Assembly (NCBI GenBank): GCA_965235115.1
Contig: OZ249436.1
Coordinates: 53,694,001 to 53,758,000, forward strand
Length of the DNA: 64,000 bases
Direction of reading: 5' to 3'
Source: Laetmonice hystrix
Lineage: Eukaryota
Shown here: piece by piece, positions 38,590 to 52,109 of the stretch
How the letters are laid out: each line of letters starts with the position of its first letter
How positions within the stretch are numbered: position 1 is the stretch's first letter
The notes under the pieces: model-generated
Database searches by the model: none
What the model was told of the DNA's origin: nothing
The model's input: the letters and a program-made list of their open reading frames with translations, nothing else
Program-made: the position numbers and the translations under genes

Positions 38590-40686
38590 AGGCGGGAACA
38601 GACTAGAGCGATCGATATCTGCCTGATCACACATAGCCGATTTTCCATCCGATTCGCCATCGGCGGACCGTCGGCTGCCCCAGCCAATCCTTCTGCCGAC
38701 GTCACTGCGGTGTAATCAGGTATCGGCTGACCGTCGGCTGGCTCAGCCGACGACGGCGACTAATCGGCTGCCCCACCGATTTATTTTGATTTTGTCGGTT
38801 GGTCGGTTAGGATCATGTAGCCAGTTTAGGGTGGGTATGGCTAAGCCTAACAAAACAGGAAGTCAAAAAATAATGTATTCGATAGTTCTATCGATGGAAA
38901 GTGGTGCTTTCTTTAATTTAGGAGTGTTGTCAAAACCTATCCTTATATTTTCAACATCAACAAATAAACTGAATATAGCCATAATATTATATCAGATGTT
39001 GCTGCTGTAGCAGATGATCTTTACCCAGAATTGTCAAGGGTGTAGCAGCAACTCGAATAGCACCAAAAAGCAGCCCCGTTTCATAACTAACAGCACAAGT
39101 GCGTTATTAGCAAAAGATGAAGATAGCGATCGTTGCGTTAACGTGTTTCATAAACATTTGCGTAGGCGCCAGGAGCATGCGTTGCGCTAATAGCGATCGT
39201 TATTATTGCGCAGACTCAAAACATTACAAGGGAGAACATATCCAGCGACAACCCCCACTTCTGGCGTATGCCAACAGAGGGCGTGATGATTAAGGCTGGT
39301 GAAAGTTCATTGTGTTGGGCACAAAAGGCAGACACTGTAGAACTGCCCGACACATGCGGCCTTGGAGACGTGCTGCGAATCATTCAATCATTAAGAAATA
39401 ATTAACACAGTGTTTTTTTACCACACCACTTACGCTCCTGTTGGAATATGTTTCGCTGAACAGTGAGATAATTGTTATAGATATTTACGCGTTTACGATA
39501 TATGTGAGCCCACATATCGTGACTTAGTACGTTCTTTGATAATGTTCATGATGCACCTTCTGGACAGTAACTTTTAATATATGATATATGACAAGCGCAC
39601 TCGGTGGGTTGCCTTTATCCACTAAAAGCCAATTTTCCTTGCGACGGCCATGCGATTTTTGATTTAAGGACAAGTGCTAGTGTGAGGCCAAAAATAAGCT
39701 GCACGCCTACGTTCCTTGGCCACAGATCAGGTTTTCATTATTGCTTCTGCAGCTGTCAATAACTACTCTGAACGATCTGTTCATGGCATAATGCGCGGTA
39801 ACTATTATAATTTAGTTCCCGGCGTGGTGACGACATCTATGATAAACCATCGTAATAAAATCGTGTCGGTGGATACTTAAAATTTAGCATCGTTGGTGTA
39901 TGAAGGCTGACCAACCAAAGAGGACCATCGCGTGCGTTAACGTTCAACGAGCGCCGGTTTTGCATCGTTTATATATGGATAGGACCCTGTAGGCCTACGT
40001 AGAGATCTAGGTGCATAGGGACATAGAGATCGGGACATACATAGGGACATGGCCTACATAGCACCGAGGCCTATTATCTATAGGCCTGCATGGGTCAAAA
40101 CACCTACAGTTGACCCATCTGCCCAATTAGTTCTTTTATCGTTTTCTATGTATGTACGTAGACCTTGTCCCGACGCACGGCAAGCCACCGACCTGACTGA
40201 TTTGGGGATAAAATAAAACGAAAACAAAAACAACATATTGTTTAAAACAAACAGTATTAATAAAATATTCAATATATTTGTCTTGGTGACACTAATATTA
40301 TTTTATAGTCAAAGATCGAAAATTGATTAGCCAAGTAGCTGGGCGATGAAGCGATAATATCAAAATGTTTTGATATTATCGCTTTGCTTGGCGATACCTT
40401 CAGACGACAGAATAATCCCGTCGCCTGGACGGCCACACTGGGGCGATGACTAGGCGATGACAGAGCGATGTACCAACACGCAAGCGATGGCAAAATTGTT
40501 CCATCGATCGCCTTGGTCTGTTCCATAAAAGGCTATCGCTTTGGTCGGCGATGACCGCCGATGGTCAGGCGATGAAGTGCAAATCATCGCCTGAGCGCCC
40601 AGACTGCGGCGATGACACAGGCGACAACCAAGCGATGCAAAAATAACCAAGCGATCGTCATCGATCGCCCTAGTCTGTTCCCGGCT
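38590..40686. mobile_element. About 2.1-kb non-autonomous Harbinger-like element with internal insertions
   Basis: AGGCGGGAACAGACTAGAGCGATCGAT versus ATCGATCGCCCTAGTCTGTTCCCGGCT (27-bp TIR, 2 mismatches); GGCGAT/ATCGCC subterminal repeats at 40340-40670; TSD not clean. Confidence 0.6.
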
Positions 40687-40698
40687 GAAAGAAAAAAA

Positions 40699-41063
40699 AG
40701 GGACGGATGCAAGTTTTGAGCCTAACTATGATGAAGTCCTGCAGAAGCAATGAAACTTAGCAGGCATTTAATTCAGCTCTTCAGATGACTAACTATAGTT
40801 TGTTTATTCACGTTCACGGCATCCTTCGTGACTGCAGCAGGAGTTTAAAGTTCATAGGTCCCGAAGACGACGGCCCAGTTCTCCATTTTCACAAAAGGTT
40901 CATAGGTCTACCCCTCAAAGTCCTACTGCAGGCACCCAGGATGTTGTGAACGTTAATAAACAAGGTCGTTAGTCATTTGAAGACCTGCATTAAATGCCTG
41001 CTAACTTTCATCGCTCTAGCAGCACTCCATCATAGTTAGGCTCAAAACTTTTCATCCAACCCT
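40699..41063. mobile_element. Palindromic mariner-like MITE
   Basis: AGGGACGGATGCAAGTTTTGAGCCT...AGGCTCAAAACTTTTCATCCAACCCT, with about 145-bp imperfect arms. Confidence 0.8.
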
Positions 41064-42019
41064 TGCATAAAGGAGAGAAAGGAATAACTACATGTATTAG
41101 GCCGCCTTCCCATTGGTCCCGTGCGCACGGGTTGAAGTGACGCGGGAGTCGACGTTAAGTATATTTTTTATAGCAATGATCATAATCAACCAGCTAGAGA
41201 CGACCGAAAGTCTACCACGAGATAATTGTTCAAGGAGGAAAGCAATCACAATCAGTCGATGATGGCGTCCAATACAGCAGACTATCAACGCAGCGGCTAC
41301 GTCATCTTCTGTAACTGTGTCAAAACGTGTGTGATATCGCGTTCATATAACCAACTGCTGAAATGGCCCTCCCGAGTCCAGCCCGTACTTTACGGGAGTG
41401 CCAAACGTCGTTACCTCCCCCGTCTGCCCCATTCATATCAATTTCCGCCCCCCTATTTACCGTGCCATTTACTGCGAATGCACGTGTGTCTGAATCTCTG
41501 AGGTTATTTTGTGCCGTTCGATCGCGAAGCTGGCCGTTTAATTCCCCCCTCTCAGGTCTTCGGTGAATATGAACACTTCACGTCAAATTGGTTAGCAGGA
41601 ATCAGTGAGGCTTCGGGAAATAAATCTGCTCGTAACTTCACTTCGTGTCGCAGTATACGTCATTATTACGAAAAATAATCAGGGTCGATAATAGCCTAGC
41701 CATGCCGGACACATTTTGTGCTCAGGCAGGGGGCGATCAGGATTAATAGTTCTTATTTAGTACCCGGTATAAAGTACACGTTGAAATGCCAAGTCTGTGT
41801 AAAAGGTCAATTTAGGAAGTTTATACCTACCTCAGGAGAATGGACGTTTTATCTGACTAAAACCCGCGTTTGGCTTATATTAATGTATGAACTGACCTTT
41901 ACCGTTTGAGGTAGACCTAAACTAAACCAAACGTGACATGTCTTTAAAAACCTATGTTGTAGAAATAAATGTCTTGACTTCACATCACAGTGTCTATGTA
42001 TATTATGTATTTCTGATTT

Positions 42020-42200
42020 CAGTGACTCCAAAATGAAGAAATGGGCTGTAAGGCCTTGAAATCAATAAAAGTATTCCCAAAGAAATGGAGAAATCTCATG
42101 AAATTCAACATTTCAGCTGCCTGTTGTTGCTATGAAGCGATCATCTTATGGCTGTTTGTTGACAAAATAGTTGACCTGTCATTGACTTGAACAGCCAATG
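42020..42200 (+). repeat. Single arm of the palindromic family seen at 47110-47450
   Basis: GAGAAATCTCATGAAATTCAACATT...CATTGACTTGAACAGCCAAT is shared with both arms at 47 kb. Confidence 0.8.
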
Positions 42201-43178
42201 GCAATGACCCATGCATCAAGGAATCCCATCATGTGATCGATGACGTAGAGTCAGTGATAATTTCAAACTGGTAGAAAATGGCGATGTAAAGAAAGTCTAG
42301 ACTGAGCAGACTTGAGCGGTGATCCAGGTATAGTTGAATAAGTTGACATAATGTTCTAACTTTTCATTTGGCAAAGTGTTGGTATACCTACACAGGTGAT
42401 TCCTAGGGTGCTGATGCCTCTATCCAAATTAAGGGTGATCTTTTACTTTGAGATAGTCATGGGTTGCTTTAAGAGAACCTTTCTATATCATCACAATTAT
42501 TACCATGCACATATGGATTGAATAAGTGAAGACACTTGTTCTCGTGTTGAAGATAGTCAACAGAAGCCGACAGGGGGTCAACAAATCCCTGACTCACTCA
42601 CTCATTTTATTCATGTTGATGGTGTGTTCTGTTATTTTAGCGTGCACGAGCATTTTAACCAAGCGAACGTTCAATCCGCCATAAAACTTTTATACTAGTC
42701 CCGGTCATATTCATTTCAAGTTTAATGGCTTGTTACAATCTGCACAGGAGATTGTCAACAGCCCACGGTAGACAAAGATAATCAAACTCTATGATAATAT
42801 ATAAAATACTTTCAAACTGTCGTGTAAATTCGTGTATCAACAGCACAATAGCAGACCCCTGCTTACAGAGCGACGGTTTTCAAAACGATGAAGTTTAGTT
42901 TTATAGCGTTTCGTCACTGAAGAAGACGCTCGTTTTCTGTGGCGTCTCTCCATTTGCATTTAGCGTCAGATCCACCCCGGCAGATCCATCCCCATTTCAT
43001 TTGGCGCACCACGTACACATTCCATCGCATAAACCTTCGCAGTCTGCAAATACGAGCCATCCTCCGTGCTCCCCTATATAAAGCGGGTCCGTGGCGCTGG
43101 ACACTGGGCAGTCTGCTGGTAGCGCATGTCACACGGCACATCCAAGATCAAATAAACATTGTCTCACTTGGTCCACTG

Positions 43179-44056
43179 GTCAGTCGTCAAACGGCCGGTA
43201 CCTGTCTGCTGTCAGTCGTCAAACAGCCGGTACCGGTACCTTCTGCTGTCAGTCGTCAAACGGCCGGTACCTGTCTGCTGTCAGTCGTCAAACAGCCGGT
43301 ACCGGTCTGCTGTCAGTCGTCAAACAGCCGGTACCGGTCTGCTGTCAGTCGTCAAACAGCCGGTACTGGTACCTGTCTGCTGTCAGTCGTCAAACGGCCG
43401 GTATCGGTACCTTCTGCTGTCAGTCGTCAAACGGCCGGTATCGGTACCTTCTGCTGTCAGTCGTCAAACGGCCGGTATCGGTACCTTCTGCTGTCAGTCG
43501 TCAAACGGCCGGTACCGGTCTGCTGTCAGTCGTCAAACGGCCGGTACCGGTCTGCTGTCAGTCGTCAAACGGCCGGTACCTGTTTGCTGTCAGTCGTCAA
43601 ACGGCCGGTACCGGTCTGTTGTCAGTCGTCAAACGGCCGGTACCGGTACCTTCTGCTGTCAGTCGTCAAACAGCCGGCACCGGTACCTGTCTGCTGTCAG
43701 TCGTCAAACGGCCGGTACCGGTCTGCTGTCAGTCGTCAAACGGCCGGTACCGGTCTGCTGTCAGTCGTCAAACGGCCGGTACCTGTATCTGTCTGCTGTC
43801 AGTCGTCAAACGGCCGGTACCTGTATCTGTCTGCTGTCAGTCGTCAAAGGCCGGTACCGGTCTGCTGTCAGTCGTCAAACAGCCGGTACCGGTCTGCTGT
43901 CAGTTCAAACGGCCGGTACCGGTCTGCTGTCAGTCGTCAAACGGCCGGTACCGGTCTGCTGTCAGTCGTCAAACGGCCGGTATCGGTACCTTCTGCTGTC
44001 AGTCGTCAAACGGCCGGTACCGGTACCTTCTGCTGTCAGTCGTCAAACAGCCGGTA
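43179..44056 (+). repeat. GC-rich 32-38-bp minisatellite, about 25 copies
   Basis: Core CTGCTGTCAGTCGTCAAAC(G/A)GCCGGTAC with a variable palindromic (CGGTAC)n linker. Confidence 0.97.
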
Positions 44057-44215
44057 GGCCGTATCTGCCGGGGGGGGGTCTATGTCGCCAGACCCACCCA
44101 CAGCGGGCCATGTAGGCCGTATCTGCCGGGGGGGGGGGGGGGGTCTATGTCGCCAGACCCACCCACAGCGGGCCATGTATAGGCCATATCTGCATGCCCG
44201 GGGGGGGGGGGGCGG
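44054..44215 (+). repeat. Two to three copies of an approximately 60-bp poly-G-containing unit
   Basis: GTAGGCCGTATCTGCC(G)nTCTATGTCGCCAGACCCACCCACAGCGGGCCAT occurs twice, plus a partial third copy. Confidence 0.9.
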
Positions 44216-44515
44216 AAACTGCAATGAGTGAATACGACGTGTAAGCTATGAAGAAAACCAAGATGGCCTGTTGATTAAACTTGAGCCTTGGGCATTCAGT
44301 TTTATTATTTTTTATCATTCCACATGCTTCTGTATTGTTCAGAGCTGACGGATGCTTTCAGTGAGAACGGCCAAAGTTCGGGCATCAAAAATGTTTCTGA
44401 ATGCAGCAAGTACAGTCCCCTTGTAGAATCCACAAAGACAACTAGTTTTTCTTTAATCTGCGGAAAGTGCCGTCTATCATGAACCAGTATTGATGAAATT
44501 TAATAAGGGTATTAA

Positions 44516-45106
44516 AAGAAATGCTTCCCTCGCGGAAACGACCGAAATCTTCAGATTCATGCTTACCTCGTCACCACTGACCTACTTTATGGCACTGGAT
44601 GTTTTTCAAATTGATTCTGTTAGCATATGCTATGACTATGAGTAGACAGCTGTGAAGTTCTCATTTTGGCATGTCGCAAATCGTGTGAACGTTGTGCTGT
44701 GTGGTGTAGAGCACACCTTCGTTAAGAGTCCACAACGAATGTAGTTACAAGATTCGTGCATAAAAATATCCGTGATTTTCCCGAGAATGATGCTGACAAT
44801 TTTCTAAATCTATTTTCCCTGGTACAACTCAAACTTCTTTATTATTGCAAATACTTCAATAGAACAGCTTCTAATTTGCACAGACCGTAATTTGCATAGC
44901 CGTGTGCGTAGGAATATGAAAAAGAACTCCCGGGATCTCGGGATCCAAGCAGGTCCCGATTTGACGACTTTTAGAATTTATTTTACATAATACCCGCCAA
45001 GTCCACATAGTAAGGCGGGGGAGCTTTGGATCATATCGGAGAACCGCAATGCAGACATTTTTTTGTGAAACGCCACATATGACTTGAAATTCGTGAGACA
45101 CCCCAT
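44516..45106 (+). mobile_element. Diverged Kolobok-like element related to 28520-29037
   Basis: TTAA at both flanks; shared CGACCGAAATCTTCAG...TACTTTATGGCACTG start and GCAATGCAGACAT...GAAATTCGTGA end; different middle. Confidence 0.75.
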
Positions 45107-47109
45107 TTAAATGAATTTTTCCTTTAGTTTGTAATAATATTTCCTAATAGGCCTATATATTAAAATCTGAAACTTTCAAACTTTCCGCAAACTGTATCAC
45201 CTCGATGGGACCCTTCTGGTCGTCGGGGGGGGGGGGGGAGATGAGTGTAGGGCAATATCTGTGCCCTTATAGGGTAAGGATTGTTGAAGCACACATAGAA
45301 AAATTCCCACTCATAACGATACTTTGCGCTTTTGGTTAGGATTTGGCAACCTTCTCAAATCCGGCTCTAGGCTTACCCTCAGAAGTTGACATATCAGGAA
45401 CGGGGCACGCTCGGATATACTGAACCTCCGGATAAATAAACCCATCTGGATCTCATGTAAGCATAATAATAGTGCTGCGCCAATTGCCCGATTTTAATTA
45501 GGCTAACAGCAAAGCCACGCAAGAGCGTCCGGTTTACATGTGGAAGTTAATATTACCTGAACATATAGACCCATTCCTATTTCTGCGAATAACAACTGTA
45601 ATCGTTCATGATTCCAGCCGTGATACCAAACCAGGGGCCCGTCTCACTAAAGGCTGGTTAATAACCAGATCGTTAAGTTAATACAGGAGTGAATGGAAGG
45701 CTGCTGGTTACTGTAACCAGAGCAAACCCCTTGTGCGGTGGTGTCACTCTCTCGGCAGTGTGGTACTGGGTGAGGTCAGTATCCCGCCTTGATGGCGCTC
45801 AGCTAATGGCCGTCTCCATGGGGAACAATCATGTGCATTTCTCGGCTGTCGTTCCACCCCTTGCCGTTACGGGATTGCTGGTTCCTAAACGGAATATGAT
45901 GACGAAATGATGACAAATTATAATACGTTCACCTTGATTCTCGAAATGTAGCTACAGTTTCGTGGTAAAGTAGTCAAGGACAACTGTTCTAAATAAAAGG
46001 ATCACGCGATAATGACACCTACAAACATCACCCAGGGATGCCCAGGTCCTAAATCCTTGATTTTAATTTGTTTGTTTCAAACTTTGTAATAATTCCTGGG
46101 CTCATTACATTTTGATTGAAAATGTTGACGTTGTACACTTACTTCATTCACCAGGATTATTCAATTACTGGTGCCTTTTTTACTGCCCGTCAAAATGTTT
46201 GAAAACATGTGTTTTTACTTTTTTTTATTTATTTTTATTATATTTTTTCCCGTTGAAAGTTCTCAACAGTAGGAACTTATCCAACCACTCGCCAATGTGT
46301 CAACGGCGACTTTGTAATACGGCCTTGGCTCCTGCACACTTCTGCCAGCCATCTGTCGGACAAGGATCGTTCTCGAGTTTAGTAGGGGTATTGCCTAGTA
46401 CGTGGAGGACCCAGCATTTTTGTAGGGGGGGGGGGGCAAGGGGGAAACCTGGCAGAGTTTAGGAGAAAGATCAATATAGGCCTAATTAAAAATCTGTGCC
46501 GAAAAACGAAGAACAAAATCCGCAGTGGCTGCCAAGAGTGACACTAAGAAATTGGGATAAAACGGTCACCTTACATCCGCTTCTTTATACAAATCGCCGT
46601 GTAATTTAGCTACTCTTCCGTGGTTTTAGGCGAATCCAAACTGTACGAGATTTTGTCATTACATTACGAGCTAAAATCTTTATCGTATAAAGGTCGTTGC
46701 CGCCAGGACCTTGTCGCAGATGCGGCTGCAGTGTTTCCGGACACAATAGTAGGCCTGTGGATCTATAGGAAAATCTTATGAATGGATCATTGTATGCTGT
46801 CTGACTTACGGTGCCATTCAGATAATATGGATAGCTACGGAAATGATGATTTATTGTTGGAACTGACGTTGAATGTTATAGGAGATGGTGCACACGAACA
46901 TCCGTCCGTGATATGCGATGTAATATACAGGGTGTCCCAAAAAGGATTTCATCACACGAGCTCTCTTGGTTTCTTTATCAACTTTAAAGCCGGATTTCGA
47001 TATGTACGTTACCGTTTCAATGGAGCCTGTTCTTTAGGCCACTCACCTCCTGTGTTCGGGAAGGTTTGTCACTTACCTGCTGCAAACTCGGTGCTTTCCT
47101 CTTGTATAC

Positions 47110-47450
47110 CTACAGAAATAGAGAAATCTAATGAAATTCAACATTCCAGTTGCCTGTTGTCACCATGAAGCGAACGGCTCATGGCTGGTTGTGACTTGGC
47201 ATTGACTTGAACAGCCAATAAAATTCATTGGTTCATCGCCTGATGAATTTCTTTGGCTGTTCAAGTCAATGCTAGGGCAACGATTTTGTCAACAACCAGC
47301 CATAAAATGATCAAAGCGACAACAGGCAACTGGAATGTTGAATTTCATTAGATTTCTCCATTTCTGTGGGGGATACATTTATTGATTTATGTAGTCTATG
47401 GCCCTGTCTAACCTTACAACCCATGATTCATTAATTTTTAAATAGGGTCA
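47110..47450. mobile_element. Palindromic MITE-like element
   Basis: Inverted arms at about 47112-47228 and 47243-47367; the right arm continues matching the reverse complement of 42020-42080. Confidence 0.75.
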
Positions 47451-47492
47451 TCGCAGCCCCCCCCCCCTCCCGATACGTGGGACGTGTACCTG

Positions 47493-47609
47493 GGCCCTGT
47501 TTCATAAAAAATCTTACATTTTAGATTTAATCATAATATTGTCGAAATACGATAGATTCTGTTTCATAAAAGATCGTTCTTTTTTGGTCGTGGTTTATGA
47601 AACAGGGCC
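47493..47609 (+). mobile_element. 117-bp MITE, an internal-deletion derivative of the Harbinger family at 19560-22629
   Basis: Both ends are near-identical to the parent's ends, in inverted orientation; flanks are CTG and CAG. Confidence 0.92.
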
Positions 47610-48789
47610 CAGGTGTGAAGTAGGTCCGGGACTCCCACACGGGCGTAGATCTATAGATCACGGATCCACATGACTGTATTTTCAGTGGGGATTCTTAACG
47701 CACGACAGGATAACTCAATGTCAATAATGTGTTAATTAACGATACTATCGTTAATTAGCGATAGATCAGGCGAAGACTTAATCCGCACCTTTCTTATCCG
47801 CGCTAAAAAGTTCCACATAACGCGTGTATTTCGTATAATATCGTATGTTAACGCCTGCTTTACGAGGTATGCAACCATTTAACGCGTTTGACACCTTAAC
47901 GAGCGCACAAACTTAGTTATAAAACTTACTTACGTAAAAGATTTTCAGCGTTATTAGTATAGCCATTGATGTAATCTCGCATGGCACGAAATAAGGTTTT
48001 GTTCTGGATCCTAAAATATTCTTACAGTGGCTGTTCCCGGTTTTATTGTCAGACATAGACTGAGGATTGTCAGGAAACCCTCTCACAACTAACTATCAAT
48101 GGTTGCTCGGAAGGTATCCATATATGGTACATAATGAAGGATGTTCTTTCATATGTACCGTTTTTGATGTTCCTTTCATATAATCACAAAAAAACTGTTC
48201 TTGCATTATATCACCATGTGTCGACTTGTTATTTACGGTGTTCCTGTTGGGATTTCAATAATTGCTGGTGCACCAAAGCCTTTACATATCTCTCGCATTT
48301 CCTTTGGTAGTTTTGCTATCAAATGCAGAGGAATAACTGACATTGTACAAGGCACCCATATTGAAAAAAAAACATCTTGTGCCACCATCGACGATACAAC
48401 GCCATACGACAAGATCGGATTGCCTGAACATCATTCCGTGTGGTTGTACCTCCTGTCCAATCGTACAATGGATACTTTTATATCTTCAGTCCCTTCATAT
48501 GGTCAGCTGAATGTAGCTACAACCCTATAGGTCTATGTACAACTTCCTCTATAATGTAAAACTCCTGCAATGTGTAAAAAAATTCTGCCCCTACACTATA
48601 TGTAAAAATCTTAGTTCCCCCAATATGTAAGGTTCAGCGCCTATACCCCTAAATGTAAAGTTGCGATATCAACCGATAACAGAACATAACCAGGTCATGT
48701 GTCTATCACATATGCTGAGCTGTTTGAAATTTGAATTTTTAAGCGCTAGGGAATAGGACAGGGAAGTGGTGGATTAATATTATAAATAC

Positions 48790-49033
48790 GGCCGGTTTTG
48801 TAAACGAAACGGGCTATGGTCCGTGCTCGCCTGTTCATCGTTTTTCTTGTACTGCGCATGTGCAAATAGAACCGCGGAAAAGGGAGGAATGGCGACGGAA
48901 TGGTTAAAAAGTCGGCTTCAATTTACATCAAACGGCCCTAACAGTCCTAAACACCTTACGAATAGACGATGTCTTGCACGAGGATTTAACGAAAAACTAT
49001 GCACATTAACAGGGACATTCCATCATAAGTAGA
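48790..49033 (+). repeat. Dispersed repeat, homologue of 24685-24937
   Basis: Colinear similarity with the partner copy. Confidence 0.85.
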
Positions 49034-49716
49034 AATCACGACAGGGGTTTGAAATCGGCATGGAAACCGAACCAACCGTCGTATTTGATAAATTTCCTGG
49101 GTGCTTTCCCACATCCTTAACGTAGAGCGAGTTAAGGGTGGCCACGTCTAGATCAAGACCTTTCATTAGGTCTGTTGAAGTATAACTGAAAAAGTAGCTT
49201 TCAAATTTTGTTTTATGTATTGTTTCTAAACAATATTAATATTTAAACTGCTTGTAGCGAATGGAAATTATCCTTTGATTTTCACGTCAGACCTGGGTAA
49301 ACTCGTCAGATGTTGACGCAAAGATGAGGAACACAATGGGTCGGCTGTCTCTTTACGAAGTTCGCTTTGTTCACTTCACCTGAAAACACTGACCAAATAC
49401 ACTAAACAATTCATCGGCAGGGCCTGGTGTCCAAACATGGGAATGTAAACATCACCACCATCTCAAGAGTGGCTGGCGTGGCCAGGATCCATTCATTCAT
49501 ACCATTAGGACCATGAAATAAATGCTGAGCATTGTTACACAGACAACTCGAGACAGGCACGTCAAGATACACATTTCATCGCTTTATAAGGAGGTCATGA
49601 TTGAATGGCTTGATTTCAACGCTTTTTTTCTGACGGAAGGTATGTTCTCTCTAACTCTAATGTTTCATAAAATATATTAGTACGTCAAAATGGTTAGAGG
49701 GAACATCATCCATTAA

Positions 49717-50644
49717 AGGTGCATATTATCAGGAAACATGAAAAATCGGTATTTCAAAGAACTTCTGCTGTTTTCATGAAGAGATCCTTCATAAAAATTG
49801 CTTGGTAAACACAGACAGACTTGTCAGTTCCATTTTGCGTGAGAAATCGAAGTTTTTGGCCTTGCTGGCCATCTGGAAAAACGGCTCCGCCAATCGTTTG
49901 CACGTGGATTGCACGCAGAACCCTCGCGCATGCTGAGACGGTTTGTTTTGAAGCGGGCTGGCGATCGCGACATGGAGATGGTGAGTATAAACGCCGAATA
50001 TTTCGCGTGTATACGTTTACTGTTATCAGCCAGGAAATTGTCTGACACTCGATCGTGGTGGAAGGAGTCGGGAAACAATGGCGGCTCAGGAACGAATCGA
50101 GCGTGTCCCGCGTGTCACCCCCCCCCCCGCATCCACAGGCCGGCACAGCCTTGGCCAGACGCTAGCGCGCTATGCTCGCTCGACACCTGAGGTGCCGACA
50201 CCTCGCCAACGACCCCCTTGCCTTGGTTTCCGAGATTGACTTGCTATCTTTTTCAACTTCTGTATCTTTCTTTCCTTGCCCGGTTCTCTGCCGATTCCGT
50301 AAAATATTTTTTGGGTGGCATTCTGATGCCGAACGATGCCGTCTGCAACTGCTGAATTGTTTACAACTAAGCGAAGCACGTGACCAAGCACATGCAGAGA
50401 GTACACACACAGGATGTGACGCAGTACGCGATTACACCGGTTGATGGGAGGTTATGGCGGGAGATTGTGCTATCGGGAGAAATCTATCAGTTTAGTCTTA
50501 TGAAACCTACTTGTGCTGCATACGCAGCGAAAACACGTCGGAGAACAAAATGCTGTGGTAGGATTATTTACTTAGATCCCTAGTACACGGTCATGTTGGA
50601 TAATCGCCGGAAATCTTCCAACACGTGTATTTTTGCATGGCCCT
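49717..50644 (-). mobile_element. Kolobok-like element with a decayed accessory ORF
   Basis: TTAA|AGGTGCAT...ATGGCCCT|TTAA (short, imperfect TIR). A minus-strand ATG at 50321 reads MPPKKYFTESAENRARKERYRS*KR*QVNLGNQ. Confidence 0.55.
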
Positions 50645-51791
50645 TTAATTCTTCGTCTCGTACGTATACATCTACCGGGGGATCCATACTCCCCCCACTT
50701 GCATATTATATTTATATCAAGTGTAACAAGGTCACATTATAGTATAATGCCGCGGTTTTTGAATTGAACACATACAGCAACTACGCTCGGCCAACTGAAG
50801 GGGGCGTGCCCCCTGTGATGCCTGGTTGTAAACCACGCTCCTATTGTTGAAAACCTCAAAGGACACGGTACAGACTTCGCGCTTGTCCTATAAATTATAT
50901 TAGTATATTTCTATGAATCCGATGATCAAATCTTGCTTTCCCGCCTGTCGGATCTCAGACTGTTTGTCAGTTCTATGTACATCCACCGCAAGGTCATTGG
51001 GTTTCTCCTAGTCCTCAATCATTAATGCTGACCTCCTCAATAAGACCCTGGATGATGCCGCGGTGTCAAGCCCGAATCAAAATCCACCGTATCCCCGAAA
51101 AGAATTCAAAACAGTTGAAAATGAAATCTTCAGGATATTCGGGGCCGAAGCGTAACCTACATTACGTTGTAGAACAGCATTTGAGGCCCGCATAACAAAT
51201 CATAACAAATTCGTCTTGCACAGGCAGGGAGTGCTTTATCACTATTACAACTCAGGACTGGGATCTAATAGATCTCGATTGAAGCCAAAACACCGACCCC
51301 GTGGTCTGAGCTGTTACTCATCCAGTCTCTACACTACATTCGTATTCAGTTTCGTACATCCATCAGGCAACCATGAGCTGGTCCACTCTCATCGTGAATA
51401 AAGACTTTGTCGTATGAAATCCAATTACCGGATACAAATGTTTTCGTCCTGAAGCCGTTAGTCCCCTATCATCAGATCACTGTGATTGCTCAGGGTAGAT
51501 GAGCAAAAAATGAAGCATACAGAATTCATGTTATTCTAGTAGAATCGCGCGCAATACAAGCGCCAATGAATAGAGGTGTACTGAACAGCTGCTATAGCAT
51601 CTAATTAATGAAAGAAAGAAAAAGGTAAAACCTGTCGTTATTAATGAAAACACCAAACCGATCTGCATTGTGTATAGCCTCAGTCTGATGCTAAGTGAAT
51701 CTGTAGATTGGTGCGACTTGCAGAAGAAACTCCAAAACTGATTTGCTCTTTTCCAGGGCTGTGTTAATTTATATATTTATAAAATAGTCTT

Positions 51792-51849
51792 AGAAGAAGA
51801 AGAAGAAGAAGAAGAAGAAGAAGAAGAAGAAGAAGAAGAAGAAGAAGAA
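51792..51849 (+). repeat. (GAA)n microsatellite
   Basis: Direct reading. Confidence 0.97.
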
Positions 51850-51882
51850 ATCGACCCTCGGGTTGAGGTAGCGAAGGTTTCC

Positions 51883-52109
51883 CAAGGCCGGATGGGGGGG
51901 GGGGGGGTTCTAACTTGCAACCCCCTTAGAAATAAAAATAATGGAGAAAAAAGAAAATGAAAGAAAAACCAAGGTGTCACATGTCTGTCCTCCAGGAACC
52001 ACAATCTAGAATCTAAAGCGATAGGTAGCATATATATTTCATAAAATAAAAATAATTTCGGACTAGACGACTACAACCCCCCTTGAAAAAAATCCTGGAT
52101 CAGGCCCTG
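51883..52109 (-). mobile_element. hAT-like MITE with 5-bp TSD
   Basis: TTTCC|CAAGGCCGGAT...ATCAGGCCCTG|TTTCC; inverted homologue of 55270-55540. Confidence 0.8.

Noticed and set aside
42939..44182. Three overlapping ORFs of 318-372 aa
   Set aside because: They are translations of the minisatellite, open in all frames, with no domain content.
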